Source: Candidatus Aminicenantales bacterium (GTDB taxonomy: Bacteria > Acidobacteriota > Aminicenantia > Aminicenantales > Saccharicenantaceae). Taken from it: a stretch of DNA of 64,000 bases. A program made the position numbers and the translations under genes. The notes under the pieces were generated by a model. The model saw only the letters and a list, made by a program, of their open reading frames with translations, was not told the origin of the DNA and did not search any database. The stretch lies in assembly GCA_049513915.1 (NCBI GenBank), contig JBEKVN010000001.1, positions 224,322-288,321 on the forward strand, in the 5' to 3' direction. The first letter of the stretch is position 1; every line of letters begins with the position of its first letter. This document shows, piece after piece, positions 38,189 through 47,480 of this stretch.

Positions 38189-39472
38189 ATGCGACTCTAC
38201 GAGAACGAAGCCAAGCAGGTTTTCGAAAAGGAAGGCATCCCCGTCCCCAGGGCGTACGGCGTGGTCCACCGGGCCGGGGAAATCCGCGAGGGGCCGCAAA
38301 TGCGCTTTCCGGTGATGATCAAATCCCTCGTCCTCATCGGCGGCCGGGGAAAGGCGGGCGGCATTCAGAAAGCGACAAACACGGACGAGGCTGTCGCCCG
38401 CGCGAGCGAGATTCTCGGCCGGCGGATTCGCGGGTATGCCGTCGACAGGGTCCTGGTCGAAGAGGTGGTCGACGGGACCGCCGCCTGCTACGTCGGGGTG
38501 ACGATGAACCCCGTCGATTTCAATGTCAGCCTCATCGTCAGTCCCGCCGGCGGTGTTGACATCGAGCAGGTGGCCCGGGATACGCCGGAAAAAATTCTGA
38601 CCATTGAGATCCCCGGAAACGATGAATTGCTGCCCGAGTCGAAGGCCCTGGAGCTGGCATCATTCCTCACCACCGGGCTGGGCCTGGCGGAGGATGCCCG
38701 CGGCGGTTTGCAGTCCGTTATCTCCCGCCTCTACGGCCTCTTCCAGAAGTATGACTGTAAGGTGGCGGAGATCAATCCCCTCCTCGTGACGCCCGCCGGC
38801 CCGGTGGCCGCGGACGCGAAGATCGTGCTCGACGACAACGGCCTCTACCGGCAGAGCGGGCTCCTGCATTTCCTGGGGCTAAGAGAAATACGGCATGACG
38901 TCTCGGAGCCGACGCGGAACGAGGTCCGTGCCCGCGAAATGGGCTTCCGCTATGTCGACCTCCTGCCCGAGGACCATGAGAAGGACCCGGCCCGGCTCTA
39001 CGTAGGGCTTGTTCCCGGCGGGGCGGGCTATGGGATTTTCTCCATCGATGAAGTCGCCAACATCGGGGACCGGTTCTTCGGCGGCCGGGTCGTGCCCGTC
39101 AACTTCATGGACTCGGGCGGCGGCCCGACCGTGACGATGGTATCGGAGATGTTCAATCTCCTGCTCGACAACGACATGGTCGATCTCGTCCTCACCTCCC
39201 GGTTCGGCGGCATCTCCTCCTGCGACGTCTTCATCCGCGGGCTGGTCGGATGCCTGAGGAACAGGGGAAGGAGGCGGGCCCGGGTCGTCCCGGTGATCGG
39301 GAGGATGGTCGGCACGGACCTTCCGAGCGCCCGTGACTTCCTGGAACGGGCCGTCCGGGAAACGCCCGAAGAGCTCAAGGACATGCGCATCACGGTCGGG
39401 AACCAGAAGATCATGGCCGACGTCATCCGGGAGGGCATCCGATACGCCTTCGACCTCAGGGGATGGAAATGA
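38189..39472 (+). CDS. ATP-grasp subunit, succinyl-CoA synthetase beta / citryl-CoA synthetase / ATP-citrate lyase beta-like
   Basis: MRLYENEAK, GGRGKAGG, AEINPL, ADAK, GAGYG and NFMDSGGG motifs. Confidence 0.85.
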   Translation: MRLYENEAKQVFEKEGIPVPRAYGVVHRAGEIREGPQMRFPVMIKSLVLIGGRGKAGGIQKATNTDEAVARASEILGRRIRGYAVDRVLVEEVVDGTAACYVGVTMNPVDFNVSLIVSPAGGVDIEQVARDTPEKILTIEIPGNDELLPESKALELASFLTTGLGLAEDARGGLQSVISRLYGLFQKYDCKVAEINPLLVTPAGPVAADAKIVLDDNGLYRQSGLLHFLGLREIRHDVSEPTRNEVRAREMGFRYVDLLPEDHEKDPARLYVGLVPGGAGYGIFSIDEVANIGDRFFGGRVVPVNFMDSGGGPTVTMVSEMFNLLLDNDMVDLVLTSRFGGISSCDVFIRGLVGCLRNRGRRRARVVPVIGRMVGTDLPSARDFLERAVRETPEELKDMRITVGNQKIMADVIREGIRYAFDLRGWK

Positions 39473-41616
39473 TGGACGAAAAAGTCAGCGCCACCGATGG
39501 CATGCTCTTCCATATCATCAAGAAAGTCCGGCCCCATCTGGCCGAGCGTGTCGCCCGGACCGGTCGGCTCGACACGATCATCCTGGGCCTCGGCGGCCAA
39601 GGTTCCAAACATGCCGGGCTGATGCACGATTTCGGGACGTCCGTCGTCGCCGGCGTCGCGCCGGGCGCGGGCGGGACCCGGGTCTATGAGGTCATCCCGG
39701 TGTTTGACTCCGTGAAAGAATGCCTCGAAGAGTATCCCGACGTTGTCGCCGCCAGCATCTGGCGCCACTATTCGACAGCCAAAGAGACCGCCCTGGAGGC
39801 CATTGAAGCGGGGATTCCCCTTGTCGTCCTCATCTCGGAGGGGCTTCCCCTGAAGGACGTCCGCGACATCATCGTCTCGGCGCGGAAACATCAGACCATC
39901 CTCATCGGCGGCAACACGCCGGGGCTCATTTTTCCGCCGGAACGCATCAAGATCGGCATGTTGCCCGATGTGTTTTACCCTGAGGAGATTTCTCCCGGCC
40001 GGTTCGGCGCGGGGGGTGTGACCATCGTCTCCCGAAGCGGGGCCATCCTCTACCACATGTCCGACGCCATGGCCAGCATCGGTATCGCCCAGAACGCCGT
40101 CATCGGCATCGGCGGCGACGGGGCCATCGGCTCCACGTTCCGCGACCTAGTCCCCCTGGCCATGGAGTTTGAGAAGACGGACCTGGTCATCGTCGCCGGT
40201 GAAATTGGGGGATGCCAGGAGGAGCTCCTGGCCCAGGACGTCCGGGACAATCCGGGACGATACCCGAAGCCCCTCGTGGCTCTCATCTCGGGTGCCCATG
40301 CTCCGGAGGGAAAAACCATGGGCCATGCCGGCGCCATCATCACTCCGGGGGTCGAAACGGGGACTTTCCTCTCCAAGAAAAAAGCCCTGCAGGCGGCCGG
40401 CGTCCCCGTCGTCAACAGCCAGTACGACCTGCTCGAGACCGTCCGGAGCAAGCTCAAGGGGAAGATCTATTTCCCGCCCGAGCGGTACTACGCCAGGATG
40501 AAAGCGATCTGGGAGGCGCCTCCGCCCAAGCCCAGCTGGACGACCCTGATCACCAAGGTCGAGCCCAACAATCTGGTCGTGCGGGGATACCGGGTCCAGG
40601 ACCTCATCGAGCGGGCCTCCATCGTCGAAGCCGCTCAGCTCGTCGTGCAAGGGGGCTTGCCGGACGCCGGGCGGACTGATTCGTTGACCCGCTTGGCTCT
40701 GGAAGCGGCCCTGAAGCCCCTCCCGTCCGTCACCCGGAATCCTGAGGAAGACCTGTCCAAGACTTTCCAGAAATATATCCTCAACGATGAAACCCTCGCC
40801 GGCTTCAAACCTGCAGGCAAGACGGCCCAGACGGATAAAACCGTGTTCGCTCTAGGGCGGTTCACGGCCTACCTGGCCGGGCTCCAATCCCACATCGGGG
40901 CCCTCGAAGCATCAGCGCCCGGGGCTCCTTTCGGCGACGCCGTGTTCCGTGCCGTTTCCGGCGCGAAATCCCTGGACAAAGGGAGGGCGCGGATGCTCGA
41001 GGCGATCATCGTGGCCTCCATCGACCACGGCGTCACGCCTCCTTCCGCGCAGGCGACGCTCATTGCCTCGTCCGTTAGGGCGTCCTACGAGGTCGCTGTT
41101 GCCCAAGGTGTCGGGGCGATCACGGACGTCCACGGCGGGGCCGGCGAAAAGGCGGCCGAGTTTTTTCGCCGGTCAGCGGACCTGGCCGCCAAAAAGGGGC
41201 TTTCCTTCGAGGAGGCTGCGCGGGCCGTCATCCGTGAATACATCCGTCAGGGGAAGCGCATCGAAGGCATGGGGCATCGCGTCCATACGCAGGATCCCCG
41301 GCGCGACGTCCTGTGGCGGCTGGCCGAGAAGAGCGGGCTGGCCGGGCCCTGCGTCGCTATTTCCAGGATCGCCGAGGACGCGCTCCGCGAAGTCCGCGGG
41401 CTCAGCCTGCCCATCAACGTGGACGGCGTCATCGGCGCCATCATAGCCGACATGGGCCTCGATCCCCGGCTGGCCAAAGCCCTCTTCATATTCGGGCGGA
41501 TTATGGGCCTCTCCGCCCATTACTTCGAGGAAGTGGCCAGCCAGCCGCCTATGAGGACCATCAACTTCGCTCAAGCCGTCTACCGGGGCACCCCGGATAG
41601 ACCGTATCCCGTTTAG
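39469..41616 (+). CDS. SucD-like CoA-binding/phospho-His domain fused to citryl-CoA lyase (citrate synthase-fold) domain; ATP-citrate lyase alpha-like
   Basis: IGGNTPG, SRSG, GIGGD, MGHAGA (phospho-His); then VRGY, DHG, HGGAGE, GMGHRVH..DPR and INVDG; ATGA overlap with the upstream gene. Confidence 0.85.
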   Translation: MMDEKVSATDGMLFHIIKKVRPHLAERVARTGRLDTIILGLGGQGSKHAGLMHDFGTSVVAGVAPGAGGTRVYEVIPVFDSVKECLEEYPDVVAASIWRHYSTAKETALEAIEAGIPLVVLISEGLPLKDVRDIIVSARKHQTILIGGNTPGLIFPPERIKIGMLPDVFYPEEISPGRFGAGGVTIVSRSGAILYHMSDAMASIGIAQNAVIGIGGDGAIGSTFRDLVPLAMEFEKTDLVIVAGEIGGCQEELLAQDVRDNPGRYPKPLVALISGAHAPEGKTMGHAGAIITPGVETGTFLSKKKALQAAGVPVVNSQYDLLETVRSKLKGKIYFPPERYYARMKAIWEAPPPKPSWTTLITKVEPNNLVVRGYRVQDLIERASIVEAAQLVVQGGLPDAGRTDSLTRLALEAALKPLPSVTRNPEEDLSKTFQKYILNDETLAGFKPAGKTAQTDKTVFALGRFTAYLAGLQSHIGALEASAPGAPFGDAVFRAVSGAKSLDKGRARMLEAIIVASIDHGVTPPSAQATLIASSVRASYEVAVAQGVGAITDVHGGAGEKAAEFFRRSADLAAKKGLSFEEAARAVIREYIRQGKRIEGMGHRVHTQDPRRDVLWRLAEKSGLAGPCVAISRIAEDALREVRGLSLPINVDGVIGAIIADMGLDPRLAKALFIFGRIMGLSAHYFEEVASQPPMRTINFAQAVYRGTPDRPYPV

Positions 41617-41660
41617 CCTCTTCCCAAGCTAGTTCGAAGAGTGAGCTCACTACCCGGCTT

Positions 41661-41791
41661 GGGGGCGGCAGTAAAGGCCACCCATAAGACCCCCGTAGCG
41701 GAAGGGGACCCGTCGGCTCCGCCGACGGGGGAACCGACGGGACTGGTTCCCGGGCGTGCGGGGGGACATGGGTGGTCTTTACTGCCACCCC
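41661..41791. repeat. Family E element (41690-41766) enclosed by a long stem of about 24 bp
   Basis: Outer arms 41661-41685 and 41768-41791 pair with G-U wobbles; inner part matches 18129-18205 in reverse orientation. Confidence 0.85.
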
Positions 41792-41816
41792 AGGGTCGTT
41801 GCTTTATCGCCTCCGC

Positions 41817-43463
41817 TCAACGGGTGACGAGCCGGGTGAAGGGGAAGACATAGGCCTGGAGGAAGACGAGGAGGCCCATCAGGACGGCCAGGGCCAGGCT
41901 GTGGAAGAAGACATAGCGTAAGATCTCGCCCTCGTGTCCGTACCAGCGGGTGGCCGTGCTGGCCACGACGATGCTCTGGGCGTCGATCATCTTGCCCATG
42001 ACCCCGCCCGAACTGTTGGCCGAGGCCATCAGGACGGGGCTCAGGCCGAGCTGGCCTGCGGAGATCTTCTGCAAGCTCCCGAAGAGGACGTTCGAGGACG
42101 TGTCCGAGCCGGTCATGGCTACGCCGAGCCAGCCGAGAAGCGTGCCGAAGAAAGGATACAAAACCCCCGTCCGCGCAAAAGCCAGGCCGAGTGTCGCGTC
42201 GAGCCCCGAATAGCGGGTCACGTAGCCGAGAGAAAGCATGGCCGCGACGGTGAAGAGCGAGAATCTGACGCGCTTGAGCGTCTTTCCGTAGGCCCGGAGG
42301 AGTTCTCCTGGCTTAAAGGACATCAGCAGCCCTGCAAGCACGGAGGCCGCGAAAATCCCGGTTCCGGTGAACGAAAGCCAATTAAACGTGAAGACGGCGG
42401 CCTCGGCCGTGTCCTTGACGACGACGGGCGGCACGCGATAGACGAGCTTATCGAGGCCGGGCACTGGGAAGCGGACCACGGAGATTCCGTCGAGCAGAGC
42501 CTTGACCTGCGGAATACCCCAGAGAAAAACGAATACGCTCAGCACGAACCAGGGCAGCCAGGCCCTGGCGATCTCCCCGGCCGCACGGGAATGGCGGGGG
42601 CGGGGGAGAGGCGCCTTGTCTTCCCCGTCGCACCCGAAGTCGTAGAACGACCGCGGCCGCCATTTCAGGAGAAAGACGACCAGGGCGGCCATGGATATGA
42701 CGGCGGAGCCCACACCCGCCAGCCAGGGCCCGTGAAAATTAGAGATAAGGTATTGGGGAATGGCGAAAGACACACCGGCGACGAGGAGCGGCGGCCAGAT
42801 CTCCCGCATCCTGCGGAATCCGCAAAAAGCCCAGATGAGCCAGAAGGGGATGATGATGGAGAAAAAGGGGAGTTGGCGTCCCACCATGGCGCTCAACTCC
42901 TTGAGGTCCAGCCCCGTGACCCCGGCCAGGGCGATGATGGGGGTTCCCAGCGCGCCGTACGCTACGGGCGCCGTGTTGGCGATGAGCGAGAGCCCGGAGG
43001 CGCTGAGCGGCGAGAAGCCGAGGCCGATGAGGATGGCCGCGGTGACCGCCACCGGCGTCCCGAACCCGGCCGCGCCCTCGAAAAACGCGCCGAAGGAAAA
43101 GGCGATCAGGAGGAGCTGGAGCCGGCGATCCCGCGTAATGCCGGTGAGGCTGTCCTGCATGACCTTGAAATGTCCCTTGGCGACGGTGAGGTCGTAGAGA
43201 AAGATGACGTTGAGGATGATCCAGCCGATCGGGAAAAGGCCATAGGCCGCGCCCAGGCCCGCCGTCCGGAGGGCCATACTCACGGGCATCCCGAAAGCGG
43301 CGACGGCCGTGAGCATGGCCGCGGCCAGGCCGAGGAGCGCGGCCACATGGGCCTTGAGGCGAAGCGCGGCGAGCCCGCCGAGGAGGATGACAATAGGGAG
43401 GGCCGCGATGAGGCTCGAGAGCAGGGCGTTCTGCACGGGGTTATAAACCTGGTGCCACGCCAT
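41817..43463 (-). CDS. lctP: L-lactate permease
   Basis: FFEGAAGFGTP, ANTAPVAYGALGTP, TGSDTSSN and GKMIDAQSI motifs. Confidence 0.95.
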   Translation of the reverse strand: MAWHQVYNPVQNALLSSLIAALPIVILLGGLAALRLKAHVAALLGLAAAMLTAVAAFGMPVSMALRTAGLGAAYGLFPIGWIILNVIFLYDLTVAKGHFKVMQDSLTGITRDRRLQLLLIAFSFGAFFEGAAGFGTPVAVTAAILIGLGFSPLSASGLSLIANTAPVAYGALGTPIIALAGVTGLDLKELSAMVGRQLPFFSIIIPFWLIWAFCGFRRMREIWPPLLVAGVSFAIPQYLISNFHGPWLAGVGSAVISMAALVVFLLKWRPRSFYDFGCDGEDKAPLPRPRHSRAAGEIARAWLPWFVLSVFVFLWGIPQVKALLDGISVVRFPVPGLDKLVYRVPPVVVKDTAEAAVFTFNWLSFTGTGIFAASVLAGLLMSFKPGELLRAYGKTLKRVRFSLFTVAAMLSLGYVTRYSGLDATLGLAFARTGVLYPFFGTLLGWLGVAMTGSDTSSNVLFGSLQKISAGQLGLSPVLMASANSSGGVMGKMIDAQSIVVASTATRWYGHEGEILRYVFFHSLALAVLMGLLVFLQAYVFPFTRLVTR

Positions 43464-43511
43464 GGGTTCCTCCTCGCGGGACCCGCCCGGTCCGGCGCGC
43501 GGATCCGCCGT

Positions 43512-44213
43512 TTACAGGATGCCGTCCGTTTCCTTGTTCAGACGGGCGAAAAAGCCGACCATATAACGGTGACGCTCGGCCGCGATCCGCTTACCCTCCC
43601 GGGTGAAGATGCGCTCCCGGACGCGGCCCAGCTTGACGAGATACTCGCGGTACGCCGTGTCCTCTCGGGTATAAGGCCTCGTCCGGCGGACGTCGATGTC
43701 CTTGTCGTGGAGCCGGGCCCCGACTTCCCCGGCGAAGAGGAAGGCCCGGCCGATACCCACGGCGCCGATCGAATCCAGTTTGTCGGCGTCGAAGAGAATC
43801 CTGGCTTCGAGGGTTTTCGGGACTGTCCTTTTCCTGAAACGGTGGGTCCGGATGCAATGAACGACGGCCCGGATGGTTATGGCGTCAAGGCCGTGCTTAG
43901 CGAGCAGAGCCCTCGCCATCGCCGCGCCGGCTTGGCCGTGGCAGATCCTGCCGCTCGTCCGGTCCTCTTCCCCCCGGCCGATGTCGTGGAGGACGGCGGC
44001 CAGCCGGAGAATCCCGAGGTCCGCGCGCTCCTTCCGCCCGATCCTTTCGCAGAGCCGGTACACGCGCTCGGTGTGGTCCCAATCGTGGCTGCCGCGGGCC
44101 TCGCGAAAAAAGACCCGGGCCTGCTTCCTGACCGCAGCCAGAAGCGCAGGGGAAAGGGGGCGGCGGGGGGCTTCCGGGGCCCCGGTTTTTTTCCGGGCCG
44201 CGGCGCGCGTCAT
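43512..44213 (-). CDS. HD domain phosphohydrolase (YpgQ/YedJ-like)
   Basis: SHDWDHTERV, LHDIGR, THRFR and DADKLDSIGA; ATGA overlap, start 44213. Confidence 0.88.
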   Translation of the reverse strand: MTRAAARKKTGAPEAPRRPLSPALLAAVRKQARVFFREARGSHDWDHTERVYRLCERIGRKERADLGILRLAAVLHDIGRGEEDRTSGRICHGQAGAAMARALLAKHGLDAITIRAVVHCIRTHRFRKRTVPKTLEARILFDADKLDSIGAVGIGRAFLFAGEVGARLHDKDIDVRRTRPYTREDTAYREYLVKLGRVRERIFTREGKRIAAERHRYMVGFFARLNKETDGIL

Positions 44214-45451
44214 TCGTCGATCGTGTGGACGGCGAGGCCGTCCTTGAGTTTGGGCTCGAACCAGGTGGATTTGGGCGGCATGACCTTGCCGCGGTCGGCG
44301 ACCGAAAAGAGCTGATCGATAGTCGTCGGGAACAGGGAGAAGGCGAGTTTGAATTGCCCGCTTCGGACCTTTTTTTCGAGTTCGGCCGGGCCCCGGATGC
44401 CGCCCACGAAGTCGATGCGCTTGTCCGTCCGCGGGTCCTGGATGCCGAGCAGAGGGGCCAGGATGTTCGCCTGGAGGATGGACACGTCGAGCGAGGCGAT
44501 GGGGTCGGCGAGGTCGTAGATGCCGGCCCGGGCTTCGAGGACATGCCACCGGCCGTCGAGGAAGAAACAGAATTCCCTAGGCTTCGAGGGCGTGTCCCGG
44601 TCGCCGGGAAGCAGGTTGAATTTTTCCCCGATTTTGTCCAGAAACGCCGCGGCGCTCAGGCCGTTGAGATCCCGGACCACGCGGTTGTAGGCAAGGATCT
44701 TCATCTGGTTGTGCGGAAAGATGACGGCCAGGAAGAAATTGTATTCCTCCCGTCCGGTCGGATGGGGGGCCTGCTCGTCGCGTTTGACCTTGATCCGCGT
44801 TGCGGCCGCCGACCTGTGGTGGCCGTCGGCGACATAAAGACGGTCCAGGCCGGCGAACGCCGCCTGGATGCGGCCGGAGAGGCCGGGGTCGTCAACGACG
44901 TAGAAGATGTGGCGGACGCCGTCCGCCGTCGAGAAATCATATTCGGGTCCCTTGGCCATCCCCTCGGCGATCAGGGTGTCGATCCCTGCCGTCCTGCGGT
45001 AGGTGAGGAAGACGGGGCCGGTTTGCGCTCCCAGGGCCTCGATATGGCGCATCCGGTCATTCTCCTTGTCGGGGCGGGTCAGTTCGTGCTTCTTGATGAC
45101 ATCGTCCAGATAATCCTGACAGGACGCCCCGGCGACCAGGCCGACCTGGACATGGTCTCCCCAGACTTGCTTATAAATGTAGAAGTTCCTGCCGGGGTCC
45201 CTGGCGATGACGCCTTCGCGCACGAAGCGCTCGAAGTTTTCCTTGCCCTTGGCGTAGACCTCGTCCGCATAGGGATCGATCCCCGGCGGCAGGTCGATCT
45301 CCGGCTTCCCGACATGGAGGAACGAATAGGGATTTCCCGCGGCCATTTCGCGGGCTTCCTCCGAGCTGAGCACGTCGTAGGGCGGGGCCGCGACAAGGTG
45401 AGCGATATCACGGCGCGGCCTGATTCCACGGAACGGTTCAATGTGGGCCAT
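44210..45451 (-). CDS. DUF1015 family protein
   Basis: APPYDV, KKHELTR, YVADGHHR and MPPKSTWFEPKL motifs. Confidence 0.92.
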   Translation of the reverse strand: MAHIEPFRGIRPRRDIAHLVAAPPYDVLSSEEAREMAAGNPYSFLHVGKPEIDLPPGIDPYADEVYAKGKENFERFVREGVIARDPGRNFYIYKQVWGDHVQVGLVAGASCQDYLDDVIKKHELTRPDKENDRMRHIEALGAQTGPVFLTYRRTAGIDTLIAEGMAKGPEYDFSTADGVRHIFYVVDDPGLSGRIQAAFAGLDRLYVADGHHRSAAATRIKVKRDEQAPHPTGREEYNFFLAVIFPHNQMKILAYNRVVRDLNGLSAAAFLDKIGEKFNLLPGDRDTPSKPREFCFFLDGRWHVLEARAGIYDLADPIASLDVSILQANILAPLLGIQDPRTDKRIDFVGGIRGPAELEKKVRSGQFKLAFSLFPTTIDQLFSVADRGKVMPPKSTWFEPKLKDGLAVHTIDE

Positions 45452-45545
45452 GGTGTCCTCCGGAAAGGAAATTTCTATAGCAAAGCCCGCCCGGCGTCAA
45501 GGGAAATAGAGTCTGACCGGTCCCTCCGAGGCATTGCCCCTGTCA

Positions 45546-45747
45546 GGGGCTGATGGGCTGGCCTCCACTCCAGAGCGCGGTTCTTCACGCCGCGAGAATC
45601 CCGTCCTTCTCGGCACCAAAACAACTCGCTTGGCGTGCGCTACGCCAAGCTCAAACAAGTTTTGGCGGTTCCCCCTGGAACTTCCCTCGAAGAACGCGAT
45701 TCCCGGGCTAAACCGCGCATGACGTTCCGGCCATTCCCATCAGCCCC
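45546..45747 (+). other. Family F structured intergenic element, copy 2
   Basis: 12-bp perfect outer stem GGGGCTGATGGG/CCCATCAGCCCC, inner GCGCGGTT/AACCGCGC stem, GCTTGGCGT/ACGCCAAGC hairpin; shared 17-mer at 45718-45734. Confidence 0.6.
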
Positions 45748-45835
45748 TTCCTGCACTTTCGCGCTGCTCGTCCACTTAACAAAAGTCCGACGAATATTCC
45801 TGGAGAATCCGGCCGGACGAGGTTAAAATGATGTC

Positions 45836-47317
45836 ATGGTTACACAAGCGCAGAGCGGCCGGGTCGCGGCTTTGGTCGGAATCGCGGCGCTGGCGTTCAT
45901 TGCCGCGGGCTGTGAGACCCGCCAGGAATCGCTGACGAAAAGCCGGATCCGGAAAGTCGAAAAAGGCCTTCTCCGCGCCATCTACCTCAAGGGCCAGCGA
46001 CCCGAAAAACTGTCTCTCGAGGCCCGCCTGCCGTTCTACAAGGTCCCCGGCGTCGGCTTGGCTGTCATGGACAGGAACGGGCTCGAATGGGCCCGGGGAT
46101 ACGGCGTTCGCGACACGCACTCCCGCGAGCCCGTGACAACCGACACCATCTTCCAGGCTGGCGACCTCAGTCAGCCCGTCGCCGCCGCCGCGGCCCTCGA
46201 GCTCGTCGACAAGGGCGTCCTCGACCTCGGCGGCGATATTGAACCCCTTCTTCGCCGCCTGCTGCCTCCCGGCACCGTGCCTACTCCGCTGAACAAAGTC
46301 ACGATCCGGAAGATTTTGACCCATACCGATGGTCTCGCGCCGCTAGGCTTGCCCGGATATCCGCAGGGCCGAAAGCTTCCGCCTCTGGCGGACGTGCTCG
46401 CCGGCCGGGAATCCCCGGCTCCCGGTCCCGGGGAAACGTCCGGGCTTCCCGCCGTCGACACCAACACATCCGATGCCGGCTTGGCCGTTCTCCAGGCGCT
46501 TCTCGAGGAAACCACGGCCAAGACTTTCCCGGTCCTGGCGAACGAGACGGTTTTCGGACCGTTTGGGATGAAACACAGCACGTTCGACGTCCCGTTGCCG
46601 GAATTCATGAAGCTCAACGCGGCCTCGGGGCACGGTCGGGACGGGCGTCCCATCGAAGGAAAATGGCTTTCCTATCCGGCCGCGGCGGCCCGAGGTCTCT
46701 GGACGACTCCGTCGGACCTCGTCTCGTTCGCGGCCGGAGTCCTCCAGGCGGCGATGGGAAAAGAGGGCCATGTCCTGTCCGCGGGTCTGGCCCGGGCCAT
46801 GCTCACGTCCCAGGCCGGAAACCGGGGGCTCGGCTTCACCATCGACGGGGCCGGGACGGACGTCCGGTTCCACCTTGAAGGCCGGACCCGAGGCTACACC
46901 TGTTCGCTCGTCGTTTATCCATACAAAGGCCAGGGCGCCGTGGTCATGACGAACGGCGACAATGGGTTCCTGATTGCCGATGAGATCCTCCGGGCCGTTT
47001 CGGACGCCTACGAATGGCCGGATTTCAAGCCCCAGGAACGCCCCCTTTTCCGGCTCGACCCGTCGGTCTACCAGGATTACGTCGGCCGCTACCAGGTCAC
47101 CCCGGATTATGCCCTGGACGTGACCTACGAGAATTATTACCTGATCATCCGGCCCACCGGACAGGCGCCGACCAGGTTCTACGTGGAAAACCAGACCTTC
47201 TTTTTCTCCATCGACCCGTACGTCCGGATCCAGTTCCTGAGCGACGACAGAGGCCGGGTGACGGGCCTCATTCTCTGGCAGCAGGATTTTAAACAGGAAG
47301 CGAAGAAAATCGGCTGA
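45836..47317 (+). CDS. Beta-lactamase-fold lipoprotein with degenerate catalytic motifs plus C-terminal DUF3471-like domain
   Basis: Lipobox AAGC; IFQAGDLSQPV replaces the usual FQAASISKPV; TNTSDAG replaces YSGGG. Confidence 0.8.
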   Translation: MVTQAQSGRVAALVGIAALAFIAAGCETRQESLTKSRIRKVEKGLLRAIYLKGQRPEKLSLEARLPFYKVPGVGLAVMDRNGLEWARGYGVRDTHSREPVTTDTIFQAGDLSQPVAAAAALELVDKGVLDLGGDIEPLLRRLLPPGTVPTPLNKVTIRKILTHTDGLAPLGLPGYPQGRKLPPLADVLAGRESPAPGPGETSGLPAVDTNTSDAGLAVLQALLEETTAKTFPVLANETVFGPFGMKHSTFDVPLPEFMKLNAASGHGRDGRPIEGKWLSYPAAAARGLWTTPSDLVSFAAGVLQAAMGKEGHVLSAGLARAMLTSQAGNRGLGFTIDGAGTDVRFHLEGRTRGYTCSLVVYPYKGQGAVVMTNGDNGFLIADEILRAVSDAYEWPDFKPQERPLFRLDPSVYQDYVGRYQVTPDYALDVTYENYYLIIRPTGQAPTRFYVENQTFFFSIDPYVRIQFLSDDRGRVTGLILWQQDFKQEAKKIG

Positions 47318-47470
47318 TTTTCTCCTGGGCCTTGGCCTTGGCCTTGTACAGCGCCCCGTCATCTTTCTCGATGAGCTGCTCCACCGTTTTGGTCGGCGCC
47401 GCCGTCCAGGCGTACGATGCCCAGGTTGATCGTCAGGGAGAGCTGGCCGGTCGCCGTCACGGCGACGGCG
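47318..47470 (-). pseudogene. Frameshifted relic resembling the C-terminus of a GGDEF diguanylate cyclase
   Basis: Minus strand reads QLSLTINLGIVRLDG, then in a shifted frame TKTVEQLIEKDDGALYKAKAKA, resembling the GGDEF tail pattern TxSxG...lxxADxALYxAK. Confidence 0.5.
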
Positions 47471-47480
47471 CCCGGCTCGG

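Noticed and set aside
38189-41616. Autotrophic reverse TCA cycle
   Set aside because: Other key enzymes (2-oxoglutarate synthase, fumarate reductase) are not in the window; ACL-like genes alone do not show direction.
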